Counted from the first letter of the stretch, positions 1 through 10,440 are shown. The stretch: 64,000 nucleotides of DNA from an uncultured Desulfobacterales bacterium (GCA_964573805.1 CAZNKP010000020.1:3761-67760), one strand, 5' to 3'. A program made the numbers and translations. The notes: generated by a model not told the origin, from the letters alone.

Positions 1-1258
1 TTAGCATTGCTGTAAATGCCGGATCCAATAGGATATCAGGGGCTGAGAATCTGAAAACCAGAGGTCTTAAGAAGATGGCCAGAGAAGAGACTATGATGTT
101 TCCAAAAAAGACTATATTAAGCCAATTGTCTATAGCCTCTGCATCAAATTTTTTGCTTTCCAAAAGCGGGATATCCTCTTGGAAGAGTTTCCATATAAAA
201 CCGAAAATCAAAACAAGGCAAACAGAGGGATAAAGGATCGTAAAAGTTGTCGAATAATCTAAACAGAGGAAATTGATGCGGAATAGGAGAAATAAAAGAA
301 TGAAATAGATGAAAAGCATTGAGAAAACTAGCAGTAGGAGCTTGCCATAAAAATTAGAAGATTTCTTTTTAACAATGCGGTCATAGGCAAGTGCTGAAGA
401 GAGCAAAGTTGCCAGTGATAGCAATGTAAAGGCAATTATATGAGGCAGTTCCAGTCCCGATGCGTAGTCAGTGAAAAGTTTTCTTATGGCAAGAAATACA
501 TCGTTATAATTTTTTATTTCCACTGCAAGCGATATGCTTCCAAAGTGGAATGCCAGACTCAAAAGGCCCATATAAAGTATGGTGGCCATGATTATCAAGC
601 CTGTGAACCAGAGAAATGGAGCTAAAAAATGGAGAGTCAATGCACCTGCCGATTTAAACATGGTGTTGAAATGAGACCCCCCTGGAAGCAGGTAGTTGGA
701 ATGGTTCCTTAAATGCCTCATTTCGTCTCTGCCAGAGAAGCGGCCAGACCAGACAGAGGATTGAACAGAGTCGTCATCCCTGCATGGGGTATATGGATTG
801 CGAGGAGAATCTCTGAATGGGAAATTTCTCCATTCGGTTGAAAACAGGGGCTTATCGTTAGGGCCAAATTCAAACACATCAGAACCCTCGAGTTCCATCT
901 TTTCATATGGTTCCTTGATGGAAAGAAGGGCTGAAAGGCAACCACCAATGTAACCGCCTCCAGAAACGGTACTCAGTATGTCCACCAGTTTTAAAAAACC
1001 AAGGCGCGAGAAGCCCTGAAGCACTCCAAGATTAAATAAAGCAGATCTTATGCCGCCTCCAGAAAGGGCTAACCCTACGGTTGAATAGCGCGGGTCTGAT
1101 ATCTTGTTTTTTGCGGAAGCAGTATTTTTTTGTTTGAGCTTGTTTTCCCATAACCTGCAACGTCTCTTCTTTAGCACTTCGAGTTCCTGTTCCCAAATTT
1201 CTTTGGTGGAATCAAAAAAGACACGTCTGTCTTCATGCCGTTTGTTGTGGCTTTTCAT
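1..1258 (-). CDS. Patatin-like (cPLA2-like) phospholipase with multiple transmembrane segments; C-terminus runs off the window edge
   Basis: Manual translation gives an open frame from ATG 1258 to position 1 (MKSHNKRHEDRR...). It contains VGLALSGGGIRSALFNLGVLQ (Gly-rich loop), DILSTVSGGGYIG (nucleophile Ser at 962-964), RHLRNHSNYL, then hydrophobic helices. Absent from the ORF track because there is no stop in the window. Confidence 0.85.
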   Translation of the reverse strand, partial: MKSHNKRHEDRRVFFDSTKEIWEQELEVLKKRRCRLWENKLKQKNTASAKNKISDPRYSTVGLALSGGGIRSALFNLGVLQGFSRLGFLKLVDILSTVSGGGYIGGCLSALLSIKEPYEKMELEGSDVFEFGPNDKPLFSTEWRNFPFRDSPRNPYTPCRDDDSVQSSVWSGRFSGRDEMRHLRNHSNYLLPGGSHFNTMFKSAGALTLHFLAPFLWFTGLIIMATILYMGLLSLAFHFGSISLAVEIKNYNDVFLAIRKLFTDYASGLELPHIIAFTLLSLATLLSSALAYDRIVKKKSSNFYGKLLLLVFSMLFIYFILLFLLFRINFLCLDYSTTFTILYPSVCLVLIFGFIWKLFQEDIPLLESKKFDAEAIDNWLNIVFFGNIIVSSLAIFLRPLVFRFSAPDILLDPAFTAML

Positions 1259-1367
1259 GTTGGTCAACCCTTAACAAGACAAATAGCGAATTTTTCTCTT
1301 TTCTAATTTTTACCTATATTATGTTTTTTGTCATAAAATTGGGTGAAAATCAAGAAATATAAGGGGT

Positions 1368-2045
1368 TTAAGTGGTGTTCCCCGGGCACCATCCCTTTAA
1401 GGGGCATTTGTTGCAATTCGGATAAGCTGGCTTGCAAACACTTTGTCCAAAAGAGACAAGAATTGGATTTATCTTGGGCCAAAGGTTTTGGGGAAAGAGC
1501 CTTTTGAGTGCCTGCTCGGTTTCTTGAGGGTTTTTTGTTTTGGCCCAACCCCATAGGTTAGCAAGCCTATGGACATGGGTATCAACGCATATGGCAGGTT
1601 TGCCAAAGGCCCTTGCAAGGACAAGATTGGCGGTTTTTCTACCTACTCCTGGAAGGCTCAGAAGTCTTTCCATGGTAGAAGGAATCCTGCCTCCAAAAGA
1701 TTGCAGGGCTATTGGTAAGGCGGTAAGGAACCTTGCCTTATTTCTGTAAAAACCGACAGGATAGATCAATTGCTCGATCTCTTGGGTACTTAGAGCGGCC
1801 AGTTCCTCAACGCTCCGGGCCCTGGCAAACAGTCTTTTGGCAGCTTTTGTGGTCACCTCGTCTTTGGTCCGAGATGACAAAATGGTGGCAACAAGGATCT
1901 TGAAAGGATCTTTAGACTGGACTTGTTCAAGATCTCTGACCGGCGCACGAAGGTTTTCGATATTTTGTTCTATAACTTCAAGTACTTTTTCAGGATCGAG
2001 AGATGGTTTACGCATTGGCTGGTTAGCCAGGAAATATTTTGGCAA
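1368..2045 (-). CDS. nth: Endonuclease III (HhH-GPD, 4Fe-4S)
   Basis: LPGVGRKTAN HhH motif, VDTHVHR, C-x6-C-x2-C-x5-C cluster motif; the start may be 2015 instead. Confidence 0.93.
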   Translation of the reverse strand: MPKYFLANQPMRKPSLDPEKVLEVIEQNIENLRAPVRDLEQVQSKDPFKILVATILSSRTKDEVTTKAAKRLFARARSVEELAALSTQEIEQLIYPVGFYRNKARFLTALPIALQSFGGRIPSTMERLLSLPGVGRKTANLVLARAFGKPAICVDTHVHRLANLWGWAKTKNPQETEQALKRLFPQNLWPKINPILVSFGQSVCKPAYPNCNKCPLKGWCPGNTT

Positions 2046-4887
2046 GGGCCCTTAGAAGGACCAACCGTTCAACTGGTTTTGATAAAAAGGCGTTTACGCC
2101 AAGCTTCATAAGGAACTCTTCAGTAAGGATATCGCTGTAGCCGCTACATAATATTACAGCCATATCAGGATTTAAAGACCGTGCAGCCTTAATAAGATCG
2201 CTGCCACTTATACCTGGCATTGTCATGTCTGTAATTAAAAGATCCCATCCTTTTGGCGTCTTTTTTAGTTTTTTAAGGGCATCTTGCCCGTTGCGAAATA
2301 CGTCAACCTGAAAATCCATCTCTTCGAGCATGGTCTTAAATATGGAACAAATCATCTCCTCGTCATCTACAAACATAACCCTTTTGCCACTACCGTTTAT
2401 CTTTGTAATCTTAGACACGGGAGGCTGTTTATGATTAGTTGTGGGCTCTTGTTTCAAAACGGGAAGAAAGACTTTAAAAATGCTACCTTTTCCTGGGCTG
2501 CTTTCGACCCTTACACAACCTTTCAGCCCCTTGACGATTCCGTGTACAACGGCCAGACCAAGACCTGTACCCTCGTCTTGATTTTTGGTAGTAAAATAGG
2601 GTTCGAATATCTTGTCCAACATGTCTTGTTCCATTCCACAACCAGTATCTGCCACCTGGAGCACTGCATAGCTTCCCGGTCTCAGACCCAATTCCTGGGC
2701 TTCGTTGTCCGTGAGTTTCTTTTCGTAGAGGGCAATGGCAAGGATACCTCCGCTTTCTCGCATGGCGTGGTAGGCATTTGTGCATAGATTCATGACAATT
2801 TGGTGAAGATCTGAAGGATCTGCCAGTATCTGTCTTGTTGGTCCCATCTGTGTTTCTATTGTTATATTTGCTGGAAGGGTTGAGCGAAGGAGTTTTAGTG
2901 CCTCGTTTATAATCTTTGCAAGGTCCTGGGGCTCTTTGCGTGCATCGGTATACCTACTAAAAGTTAGAATTTGACGTACAAGCTCTTTTGCCCTTTGGGA
3001 GGCAAGCCCGATCTGGGAGAGATATTTTTGAATCTGAGGGATATCTTGGGCCTTTAATAGAGCCAGTTCAGTGTAACCGGTAATTGCAGCAAGGATATTA
3101 TTGAAGTCGTGGGCTATTCCACCTGCCAAGGTTCCTATGGCCTCCATTTTTTGTGCATGCCTCAGCTCTGCCTCTAGTTCCCTGGTCCTGGTAATGTCTT
3201 GTGTCATTGCAATCAGATATTTGACATTGCCGTTTGAGTCTGTAATAGGAGCAAGGTTAAGAGCTACCAATATATGGCTACCGTCCTTTTTTTTGAACCA
3301 TACTTCATGGTGGACCGTTCCTTTACCGGCCTTGATGTTGGCAAGAACCTTTTCCCTGTCAGCCAGGTTTACATAAAGATTATAAGTCTTCACCTCTTTT
3401 ATCACTTCTTCTGGAGAGTCATAACCAAAGATCTCTGCAAAACGGGGGTTCACTGCGATAAAGTCTCCATTTATGGAGCTGAGAGAGATACCTTCGCTTG
3501 CACGGTTAAATATGGTCCTATATCTTTCTTCGCTGTTCCGTAATTCTCTAGTCCTCTTGTTGAAATAGTAGGCTAATTCTCCTAGCTCGTTGTTGGCAGG
3601 TATGTCTAGTTCAAGAGACAGGTCCTCAGAATCCTTTTCGATTTTTTTTAATTGATCTGTTATATGTCTAAGCGGCCTTAGAATGTGGTGGTAAAGGGAA
3701 AGGCCGGCTAAAAAAAGCACCAGAAGTATCAGCACCGCCAGAGAGATGACAATACTGTTAGTAACTTGGCTTACTGGGGCTACTGCCATGCGTCTTGGGA
3801 TCGTAACCACAAGCTTCCAGTTGGTCTCTGGCATAAGGAATACAGAAACCATGGCCGGTTCCTGTAAAATGATATCATTATCGACAGAAAAGCTTTCGAC
3901 CCTACTTGTCACAGACAGCCGGTTTTCCTTTGGTTCACTTAGGTAGGCAGCAATAAGAAGGGCCTCTTTGGGAGTTATATGGTTAGATTCTTCAAGGAGT
4001 TTTTTAGCAAGCCGTTCAACGTTGCCTTTTCGGCAAGCCCTTTCAATTATTGCCTTGTTGAGCTGCTCCAGCTTGTCACTTATTGGTTTGAACTCAGGAT
4101 ATTGTTGGGCGAGTTCCCTGCTTGTAATGTATCTACGTGTGGATAAGCCCTTATGCTCAGACCCTTTTATTAGGATATACTCTTTCCTTGGAAATACAAT
4201 AAATCTATTATTGCGATCTACTGCAAAGATGTACCCTTTTATCTCTTTTGCAGTTTCTGAGAAAAGCTTGTCAAGCCCTGACAGCTTAAGATCAACTGTA
4301 GCCACCCCAAGGAACTGGCCATTTTTATCCATCCTTATAGAACAGGTGACCATAGGTTCATGGGAAAATGGATCTATATAGGCACTAGACCAAAACACCT
4401 TATTGCCCTTTAGGTATTTTACAGGGACATACCATTCTTCTTTGTGGTATCCTGATAAATTATAATCGTTGTAAAATCTTAAACGTCCATTGCTATCCCT
4501 TCCCCAAAAGAAACTGAATCTTTCCTTAGAAGGATCAAATTTAAAAGGTTCTGGCCAGATTCCCCCTCCTGCTGTTATTTGATCAAGACTATCCATATCA
4601 AATATATTTGGCACGGTCTTTTTGATTGCTTCAAAATTTGGAAGAAGGCCCGTTGCCGTAGACCCCACCATAGAAGCTGCTATTTCTGTCTGGCCAAGCA
4701 TACTGTTTATTTTAGTGACTACACTTTTGCCCGTTTCGCCAATACCGTACATTCTTTCCTTTAACAAAACGGGTTTTATTATCGTATGAGTGGAGTAGAC
4801 TACAACAACGATGACAGCTGCTAGAAGTAGCAAAAAGCAAATGGGTACAAAAATTTGTATATTATGTCTGAATTTCGGTTGGGTCAT
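2023..4887 (-). CDS. Membrane hybrid sensor histidine kinase (dCache-HAMP-PAS-HisKA-HATPase-REC)
   Basis: Two TM segments flank a Cache-like region (WYVP...AYIDP); HAMP (ELGELA); H-box GGIAHDFNN; NLCTNA, DTGCG, GTGLGL; C-terminal receiver (VDDE, DMTMP, KP). Confidence 0.9.
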   Translation of the reverse strand: MTQPKFRHNIQIFVPICFLLLLAAVIVVVVYSTHTIIKPVLLKERMYGIGETGKSVVTKINSMLGQTEIAASMVGSTATGLLPNFEAIKKTVPNIFDMDSLDQITAGGGIWPEPFKFDPSKERFSFFWGRDSNGRLRFYNDYNLSGYHKEEWYVPVKYLKGNKVFWSSAYIDPFSHEPMVTCSIRMDKNGQFLGVATVDLKLSGLDKLFSETAKEIKGYIFAVDRNNRFIVFPRKEYILIKGSEHKGLSTRRYITSRELAQQYPEFKPISDKLEQLNKAIIERACRKGNVERLAKKLLEESNHITPKEALLIAAYLSEPKENRLSVTSRVESFSVDNDIILQEPAMVSVFLMPETNWKLVVTIPRRMAVAPVSQVTNSIVISLAVLILLVLFLAGLSLYHHILRPLRHITDQLKKIEKDSEDLSLELDIPANNELGELAYYFNKRTRELRNSEERYRTIFNRASEGISLSSINGDFIAVNPRFAEIFGYDSPEEVIKEVKTYNLYVNLADREKVLANIKAGKGTVHHEVWFKKKDGSHILVALNLAPITDSNGNVKYLIAMTQDITRTRELEAELRHAQKMEAIGTLAGGIAHDFNNILAAITGYTELALLKAQDIPQIQKYLSQIGLASQRAKELVRQILTFSRYTDARKEPQDLAKIINEALKLLRSTLPANITIETQMGPTRQILADPSDLHQIVMNLCTNAYHAMRESGGILAIALYEKKLTDNEAQELGLRPGSYAVLQVADTGCGMEQDMLDKIFEPYFTTKNQDEGTGLGLAVVHGIVKGLKGCVRVESSPGKGSIFKVFLPVLKQEPTTNHKQPPVSKITKINGSGKRVMFVDDEEMICSIFKTMLEEMDFQVDVFRNGQDALKKLKKTPKGWDLLITDMTMPGISGSDLIKAARSLNPDMAVILCSGYSDILTEEFLMKLGVNAFLSKPVERLVLLRALAKIFPG

Positions 4888-5138
4888 AAAGTTGTTTGTT
4901 CTTCTCGGGATTAGCTATTATCGAAACTAGCCAGCCCCTTCTTTTTTTCTTTCATTTTTTTCATATAACTTGGGATAAGACAGCTTGTCAAAGTTAGAAA
5001 AAAATATGCCATCTATTCGACTTCACTCAGGGATTTATATTTTGAATTTGTTAATTTTTTTGCAATTTTGCAAGAAATGGGCTTCTTCTTGACCCGAAGG
5101 TAATGATTGTCGTCGGTCGGAAATTTTTTACCATATTC

Positions 5139-5167
5139 TTGACCAAAGTTTTTCTATACGATATATT
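5139..5167 (+). promoter_or_regulatory. Sigma70-type promoter of nrdDG
   Basis: TTGACC(5139-5144), 17 nt spacer, TATATT(5162-5167). Confidence 0.6.
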
Positions 5168-5171
5168 GTAT
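5156..5171. promoter_or_regulatory. NrdR box 1
   Basis: ATACGATATATTGTAT is a near-palindrome matching acaCwAtATaTwGtgt and overlaps the -10 element upstream of nrdD. Confidence 0.75.
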
Positions 5172-5186
5172 TAGTCTTATCAAAGT

Positions 5187-5202
5187 ATCCAATATGATGT
5201 AT
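5187..5202. promoter_or_regulatory. NrdR box 2
   Basis: ATCCAATATGATGTAT is a degenerate box starting 31 bp after box 1, the typical tandem NrdR spacing. Confidence 0.6.
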
Positions 5203-5250
5203 TTTGTTGGTTTTTAAAAGTCTCTTAGTTAAAAGATACGTGGAGGGAAA

Positions 5251-7380
5251 ATGAAACTAACAATGGAACAGGCTGGATCTGTGCCCAGGCAGTTCTTTTT
5301 CAGTAAGATAGTAAAGCGCGATGGCCGTGTAGTTCCCTTTGCTAGCTCCAAGATAACCAACGCTATTTTGAAGGCCGGCAGGGCCACTGGCGAGTTTGGC
5401 GAGACCGAGGCCCGGCGCCTCACCATCAGGGTGCTCACTCTGGCTCAGGCAGTGTTCGACGGTTCTGTCCCCACGGTTGAAGAGATTCAGGATCTGGTTG
5501 AAGAGGTTCTTTTGGCTTCTCCCTTCAAAAAGACGGCAAAGGCCTACATCCTCTACAGAGATCAGCATGCCCGTATAAGAGAGATGGTCAAGAAGGCGGA
5601 TGTAGATCTAATTGAAAAGTATCTTGAGCGTCTCGATTGGAAAGTCCGTGAAAACAGCAATATGGCCTATTCCCTCCAGGGACTGAACAACTATGTCTCC
5701 AGCGAGGTGACCAAGACCTACTGGCTCAACAAGATTTACACTCCAGAGGTGAGAGAGGCACACAAACAGGGCGATATCCACATTCACGATCTCGGACTTT
5801 TGTCTGTATACTGTGTTGGCTGGGACTTGCAAGACCTTCTTCTTTCCGGTTTCAAGGGGGCGCTAGGCAAGGCAGAAAGCAGTCCAGCAAAGCACTTCAG
5901 GAGCGCTTTGGGTCAGATAGTGAACTTCTTTTATACTTTGCAGGGAGAGGCTGCTGGTGCCCAGGCATTTGCCAATTTCGACACTCTCATGGCTCCGTTT
6001 ATCAGATACGACAACCTCTCTTACAGAGAGGTCAAACAGGCGCTTCAGGAGTTCGTATTCAATGTCAACGTGCCCACAAGGGTGGGCTTCCAGACGCCCT
6101 TCACCAACCTGACTATGGATCTTGAGCCACCTTCTGTATTGAGAGATCAGCATGTGGTAATTGGCGGTAAATATCAGAAGGAGATATATGCGGATTTCCA
6201 GGAAGAGATGAACGTCTTGAACCAGGCCTTTTTGGAGGTCATGTCTGAAGGTGATGCACGAGGGAGAGTCTTCACGTTTCCTATCCCAACCTATAACATC
6301 ACCCCTGATTTTGATTGGGAAAACACAGGACTTAAAAGACTTTGGGAAGTCACTGCCAAGTATGGCATACCCTACTTTGCCAACTTCGTTAATTCTGATA
6401 TGTCTCCAGACGACGCTCGTTCCATGTGCTGCCGTTTGAGGCTTGATGTGAGGAATCTGGAACGTAGAGGCGGAGGACTTTTTGGTGCAAATCCCCTGAC
6501 TGGTTCCATTGGGGTTGTGACAATTAATATGGCAGCATTAGGTTACAGGGCAGAAGGAGAAAAGGAATTTTTCCATCTTTTGGAAAGGGTGATGGAAATC
6601 GCCCGCACCAGCCTGGAAAGTAAACGCAAGGTGCTGGAACACTTCGCAGAGCAGGGCCTTTATCCCTATACGAAGTTCTATTTGCGAAACGTCAAGAGGA
6701 GATACGATAGGTACTGGAGCAATCACTTTTCCACAATAGGTCTCATAGGCATGAACGAGGCTTGTCTCAACATGTTGGGCAAGGATTTGTCCCATTCCGA
6801 GTGTATTAACTTCAGTGTACGAGTACTTGATTTTATGAAGGAAAAGCTTGTTCAGTTTCAAGAAGAGACGGGCAATCTTTACAACCTGGAGGCCACCCCA
6901 GGCGAGGGAACAGCCTACAGACTGGCAAAGCTTGATCAAAAACGTTTTCCCGGTATCAGAATTCATAATAAGGAAAAGACAGGGGTGCCATTCTATACAA
7001 ACTCCACACAACTGCCTGTTGATTTGACAGACGATGTTATAGAGGTTTTGGACTTGCAAGAACCGTTGCAGTCGAGATATACAGGAGGAACAGTGTTGCA
7101 TGTCTATATTGGCGAGGCGGCACCAGATCCAGAGGCTGTCAAGGAATTTGTGCGTATGGTATGCAACAACTATTCGCTTCCCTACTTTACCATCACCCCT
7201 TCTTTCTCAATTTGCCCTGACCATGGCTATATCAAGGGGGAGGTTCCAACCTGCCCAGAATGTGGGCAGAGCACTGAGGTCTATTCGAGAGTGGTGGGCT
7301 ATCTGAGGCCAGTAAACCAGTGGAACGATGGGAAACAGGCAGAATTCAGCCTGAGGAAAAGATTTGCTTTTGGGAAATGA
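5251..7380 (+). CDS. nrdD: Anaerobic (class III) ribonucleoside-triphosphate reductase with ATP cone
   Basis: N-terminal ATP cone (IVKRDGRVVPF), IHIHDL, YCVGW, RSMCCRL, ATPGEG, Zn-site CPDH/CPEC, glycyl-radical motif SRVVGY. Confidence 0.96.
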   Translation: MKLTMEQAGSVPRQFFFSKIVKRDGRVVPFASSKITNAILKAGRATGEFGETEARRLTIRVLTLAQAVFDGSVPTVEEIQDLVEEVLLASPFKKTAKAYILYRDQHARIREMVKKADVDLIEKYLERLDWKVRENSNMAYSLQGLNNYVSSEVTKTYWLNKIYTPEVREAHKQGDIHIHDLGLLSVYCVGWDLQDLLLSGFKGALGKAESSPAKHFRSALGQIVNFFYTLQGEAAGAQAFANFDTLMAPFIRYDNLSYREVKQALQEFVFNVNVPTRVGFQTPFTNLTMDLEPPSVLRDQHVVIGGKYQKEIYADFQEEMNVLNQAFLEVMSEGDARGRVFTFPIPTYNITPDFDWENTGLKRLWEVTAKYGIPYFANFVNSDMSPDDARSMCCRLRLDVRNLERRGGGLFGANPLTGSIGVVTINMAALGYRAEGEKEFFHLLERVMEIARTSLESKRKVLEHFAEQGLYPYTKFYLRNVKRRYDRYWSNHFSTIGLIGMNEACLNMLGKDLSHSECINFSVRVLDFMKEKLVQFQEETGNLYNLEATPGEGTAYRLAKLDQKRFPGIRIHNKEKTGVPFYTNSTQLPVDLTDDVIEVLDLQEPLQSRYTGGTVLHVYIGEAAPDPEAVKEFVRMVCNNYSLPYFTITPSFSICPDHGYIKGEVPTCPECGQSTEVYSRVVGYLRPVNQWNDGKQAEFSLRKRFAFGK

Positions 7381-8054
7381 ACCACTTTGAAATAGGAGGG
7401 TTTACCCCCTTCACCCTCACCGACTTTCCTGGCAAGGTTGCGGCCATAGTTTTCACCCAGGGCTGTAACCTTGCTTGCCCTTTTTGCCATAACAAGTCCC
7501 TCGTCCCTTTGGCAGGGCATGATGCGAGGCGTTCAAACGGTGGGCCAAGGCAGGTCTTGGAATTTTTGGCAAATAGACGCGGAAGGCTTCAGGGGGTCGT
7601 GATAACCGGTGGTGAGCCAACCCTGCATGAAGGGCTTCCGGTATTCATGGCTGAGGTCAAGAGGCTGGGTTTTGAGATAAAGTTGGATACGAATGGCACC
7701 AATCCAAAGATGCTCAAGGCGGTATTAAAAAAGGGGCTTGCAGACTTCGTGGCAATGGACATCAAGGCCCCTTGGCACAAGTATGATCTGCTGGCAGGAA
7801 CCAAGGTGGATATAGAGAGTTTGAAACTATCCCTTGAGCTCATCATGAGCTCAGGCCAGGATTGTCTGTTTCGCACCACAATGGTTCCAGGGCTTTTGAC
7901 TGGGGGCGACATAGATGAAATAAAGTCCTATCTGCCTAAGGGCACAACTCATCTGGTCCAGAAGTATGTACCTCCTGCAGACGCTTCTGGCTCCGTTTTG
8001 ATACCTTCTGCCATTGGTCATACTGAGGAATGGACAGCCAGGCTCAGGGTATGA
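7377..8054 (+). CDS. nrdG: Anaerobic RNR activating radical SAM protein
   Basis: CNLACPFCHN radical SAM motif, ITGGEPT, LDTNG; ATG overlaps the nrdD stop (ATGA). Confidence 0.92.
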   Translation: MNHFEIGGFTPFTLTDFPGKVAAIVFTQGCNLACPFCHNKSLVPLAGHDARRSNGGPRQVLEFLANRRGRLQGVVITGGEPTLHEGLPVFMAEVKRLGFEIKLDTNGTNPKMLKAVLKKGLADFVAMDIKAPWHKYDLLAGTKVDIESLKLSLELIMSSGQDCLFRTTMVPGLLTGGDIDEIKSYLPKGTTHLVQKYVPPADASGSVLIPSAIGHTEEWTARLRV

Positions 8055-8090
8055 CGTTTTCCAATATTTCATCCTTAAATTTAAAGAGAC

Positions 8091-9284
8091 ATGCACCGTC
8101 CTGATTCGAGTCTCAAGGTACTTCACGTTACAACTTCCTTTCCAAGCGGTCCAGGTGACGTTGCCGGCCCTTTCATACTACGCCTTGTTGAGAGTCTTCA
8201 AAGGGATTGTCATATCGAGTGCACGGTGCTTACCCCAGGGAACACCAGTGGCTCTAGTTGGCCAGAATATATGAAGGTGGTGCGATTCCCATATGGACCG
8301 AGACCCTTTCAAATTCTTGCACAACGGCCTGGAGGGATTCCTCAAGCCCTCAAGGAGTCGAAACTCTCATGGTTCCTTCTTCCCTCCATGATGATGTCCA
8401 TGTGGTACTGGATTCAGAGGCTGTCTAAGGAACATCACCTTGTGCATGCCCACTGGTCTGCATCTGGCGCCGTAGCAACCTTTGGAGTCAAAAAAAGGGG
8501 GCTAGTGGTTACCCTGCATGGATCAGACGTCAACAGGGCACGGCCAGGAAATGTTTTTCACCTGCTCCTTGGCAGGGTTGTTTCTTCGGCCGACTATGTT
8601 GCCCTAGTCAGTAGGGATATGGAGGCGAGACTCAAAAGGGACTATAGCATAGATGAAAACAAGGTAGGTTTCGTCCCAAATGGGGTTTCCCAGGACTTTT
8701 TTGACATAGATCCAAGTGCAAGATGGAAAGGGGGCTTATTCAGGTTTCTCTTTGTGGGTTCCCTTATAAAATCAAAGGGATTGGACGTGTTGTTGACGGC
8801 CCTTTCAAAACTGGATGTCGGGCTGGAGTGGGAGTTGGTCATCCTTGGAGATGGACCAGAAAGGACTTCATTGGAGGAACTGGCCGGAAACCTTGGCATT
8901 GGGGCTAGGATCTCCTTTGCCGGAGGGGTTGGTCCTTCTGCCGTGAGTCGATATATGGAAAAGGCCCATTGTTTGGTCCTGCCTTCATACTCCGAAGGAA
9001 GACCGAGCGTCATTCTCGAGGCCATGGCGGCTTCTCTGCCGGTAGTGGCGTCTGACATTCCAGGCAACAGGGAACTTGTCAGGCACAGACGGACAGGCTG
9101 TCTATTCCAGCCGGGAGACGTGAAAGGTCTGGCCCAGACACTGGCCCTTTTGTTGACAGACCATGAACTTGGCCAAAGGATGGGGGCAGAAGGACGAGCA
9201 TGGATGGTACATCAGGGACTTACATGGAAAAGCACTGCCAGGCGTTATGCTGAGATTTACAAAAAAATCGTCTCTTCCAAGTAA
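8091..9284 (+). CDS. Glycosyltransferase family 4 (GT-B)
   Basis: HAHW, TLHGSD, FVGSLIKSKG, EGRPSVILEAMA (E-x7-E). Confidence 0.88.
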   Translation: MHRPDSSLKVLHVTTSFPSGPGDVAGPFILRLVESLQRDCHIECTVLTPGNTSGSSWPEYMKVVRFPYGPRPFQILAQRPGGIPQALKESKLSWFLLPSMMMSMWYWIQRLSKEHHLVHAHWSASGAVATFGVKKRGLVVTLHGSDVNRARPGNVFHLLLGRVVSSADYVALVSRDMEARLKRDYSIDENKVGFVPNGVSQDFFDIDPSARWKGGLFRFLFVGSLIKSKGLDVLLTALSKLDVGLEWELVILGDGPERTSLEELAGNLGIGARISFAGGVGPSAVSRYMEKAHCLVLPSYSEGRPSVILEAMAASLPVVASDIPGNRELVRHRRTGCLFQPGDVKGLAQTLALLLTDHELGQRMGAEGRAWMVHQGLTWKSTARRYAEIYKKIVSSK

Positions 9285-9294
9285 GAGCCCTCCC

Positions 9295-10440
9295 TCAGCC
9301 TTTGAGGACTTTGGCATACCGTTTCCCGATCTTTTCTGGCATGAAATCCCTGGCTCTTGCAAGGCCTGCGCTCTTGAGCCGTTCTTGCAAATCACCATTT
9401 CTATATATCTTGAGCATGGCCTTTGTCAGGGCTTCCGGATTGTCTGGAGGAACAAGGAGGCCACACTTGCCATTCTGCAAAATTTCCCTCGGACCCGTCC
9501 TGCAGTCAGCAGCAACCACTGGGCATTGGCAAGACAAGGCTTCAGGTAGCACGTTGGGCCAGCCCTCGTATCTCGACGGATGAACAAGCATATTGGCTCT
9601 GAGCATGAGTGCCCTGGGCTCTGATGTCCATCCCATAAAAAAGACCTTATTCATGATCCCAAGCCTCTTGGCCATCTCTCTGAGTTTTGCCGCGTCTGGT
9701 CCGTCCCCTGCAAATACGAGATTCAAACGCGGCACCTCCCTGAGCAGATTCTTGAAGGCGTGCAGCGTGAGGTCCTGGCCCTTGGCGGCAATGTTGAGTC
9801 GTCCAACCTGCAGGATGAATGGAGGAGGTGCCTTTGTGGATGCGATGGATTCCACCTTGATTGGAGACGTGTCAATGGGGTTAGGGATGAAACACAGCCT
9901 GCAAGGGTCTATTCCGTAAGTGTGGGCTAGGATGGTGCAGATTTCTTCGGATACGCAAATTATCTTATCCGCTCGTTTGTAGGTACGACTGCTTGCCACC
10001 ATTATCAGTTTGCCAAGAAGCCCTTTGTACTCGTACTGTTTCAAAGGATTTGTCCGCTGGGACAGAAAACACCTGTGGCCTGTGAAACCAGAGGCTAGAA
10101 CGTTAATGATGTTAGCCTGCTCCATAAAACTCAAAACAGAATCGATTTGCAGTCGTCTGACCATTCTTGCCAGACGAGATACCTGCAAGGGAATGCGCAG
10201 GATGTGACGCAACGAGGAGTTGGTTCGAGGAGAAATGGCAACCACTTCCAATCCTTGGGGCAACTTGTGGACTTGCTCGTTGCTCAGGAGCACAGTCTTT
10301 AAGAAAAATTCCCTTGCCAGAACTGGAATCAGGATGGATGCTGTCTTTTCGGCACCGCCGCCTCCAAGGGATGGAATGAGAAATATCACCCTGTTGATGC
10401 GGCCATTTTCTTGATTGAATGAATTTATTTTAGCCGACAT
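9295..10440 (-). CDS. Glycosyltransferase family 4 (PglJ/WbnH-like)
   Basis: LGGGGAEK, VGRL...KG, EGWPNVLPEALSC. Confidence 0.88.
   Translation of the reverse strand: MSAKINSFNQENGRINRVIFLIPSLGGGGAEKTASILIPVLAREFFLKTVLLSNEQVHKLPQGLEVVAISPRTNSSLRHILRIPLQVSRLARMVRRLQIDSVLSFMEQANIINVLASGFTGHRCFLSQRTNPLKQYEYKGLLGKLIMVASSRTYKRADKIICVSEEICTILAHTYGIDPCRLCFIPNPIDTSPIKVESIASTKAPPPFILQVGRLNIAAKGQDLTLHAFKNLLREVPRLNLVFAGDGPDAAKLREMAKRLGIMNKVFFMGWTSEPRALMLRANMLVHPSRYEGWPNVLPEALSCQCPVVAADCRTGPREILQNGKCGLLVPPDNPEALTKAMLKIYRNGDLQERLKSAGLARARDFMPEKIGKRYAKVLKG

Noticed and set aside
440-948. ORF-track ORFs 440..625 (+) and 718..948 (-)
   Set aside because: Alternative-frame shadows of the patatin-like CDS at 1..1258
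5251-7380. Intein or intron in nrdD
   Set aside because: Normal length and continuous motifs; no splice-junction or homing-endonuclease signature seen
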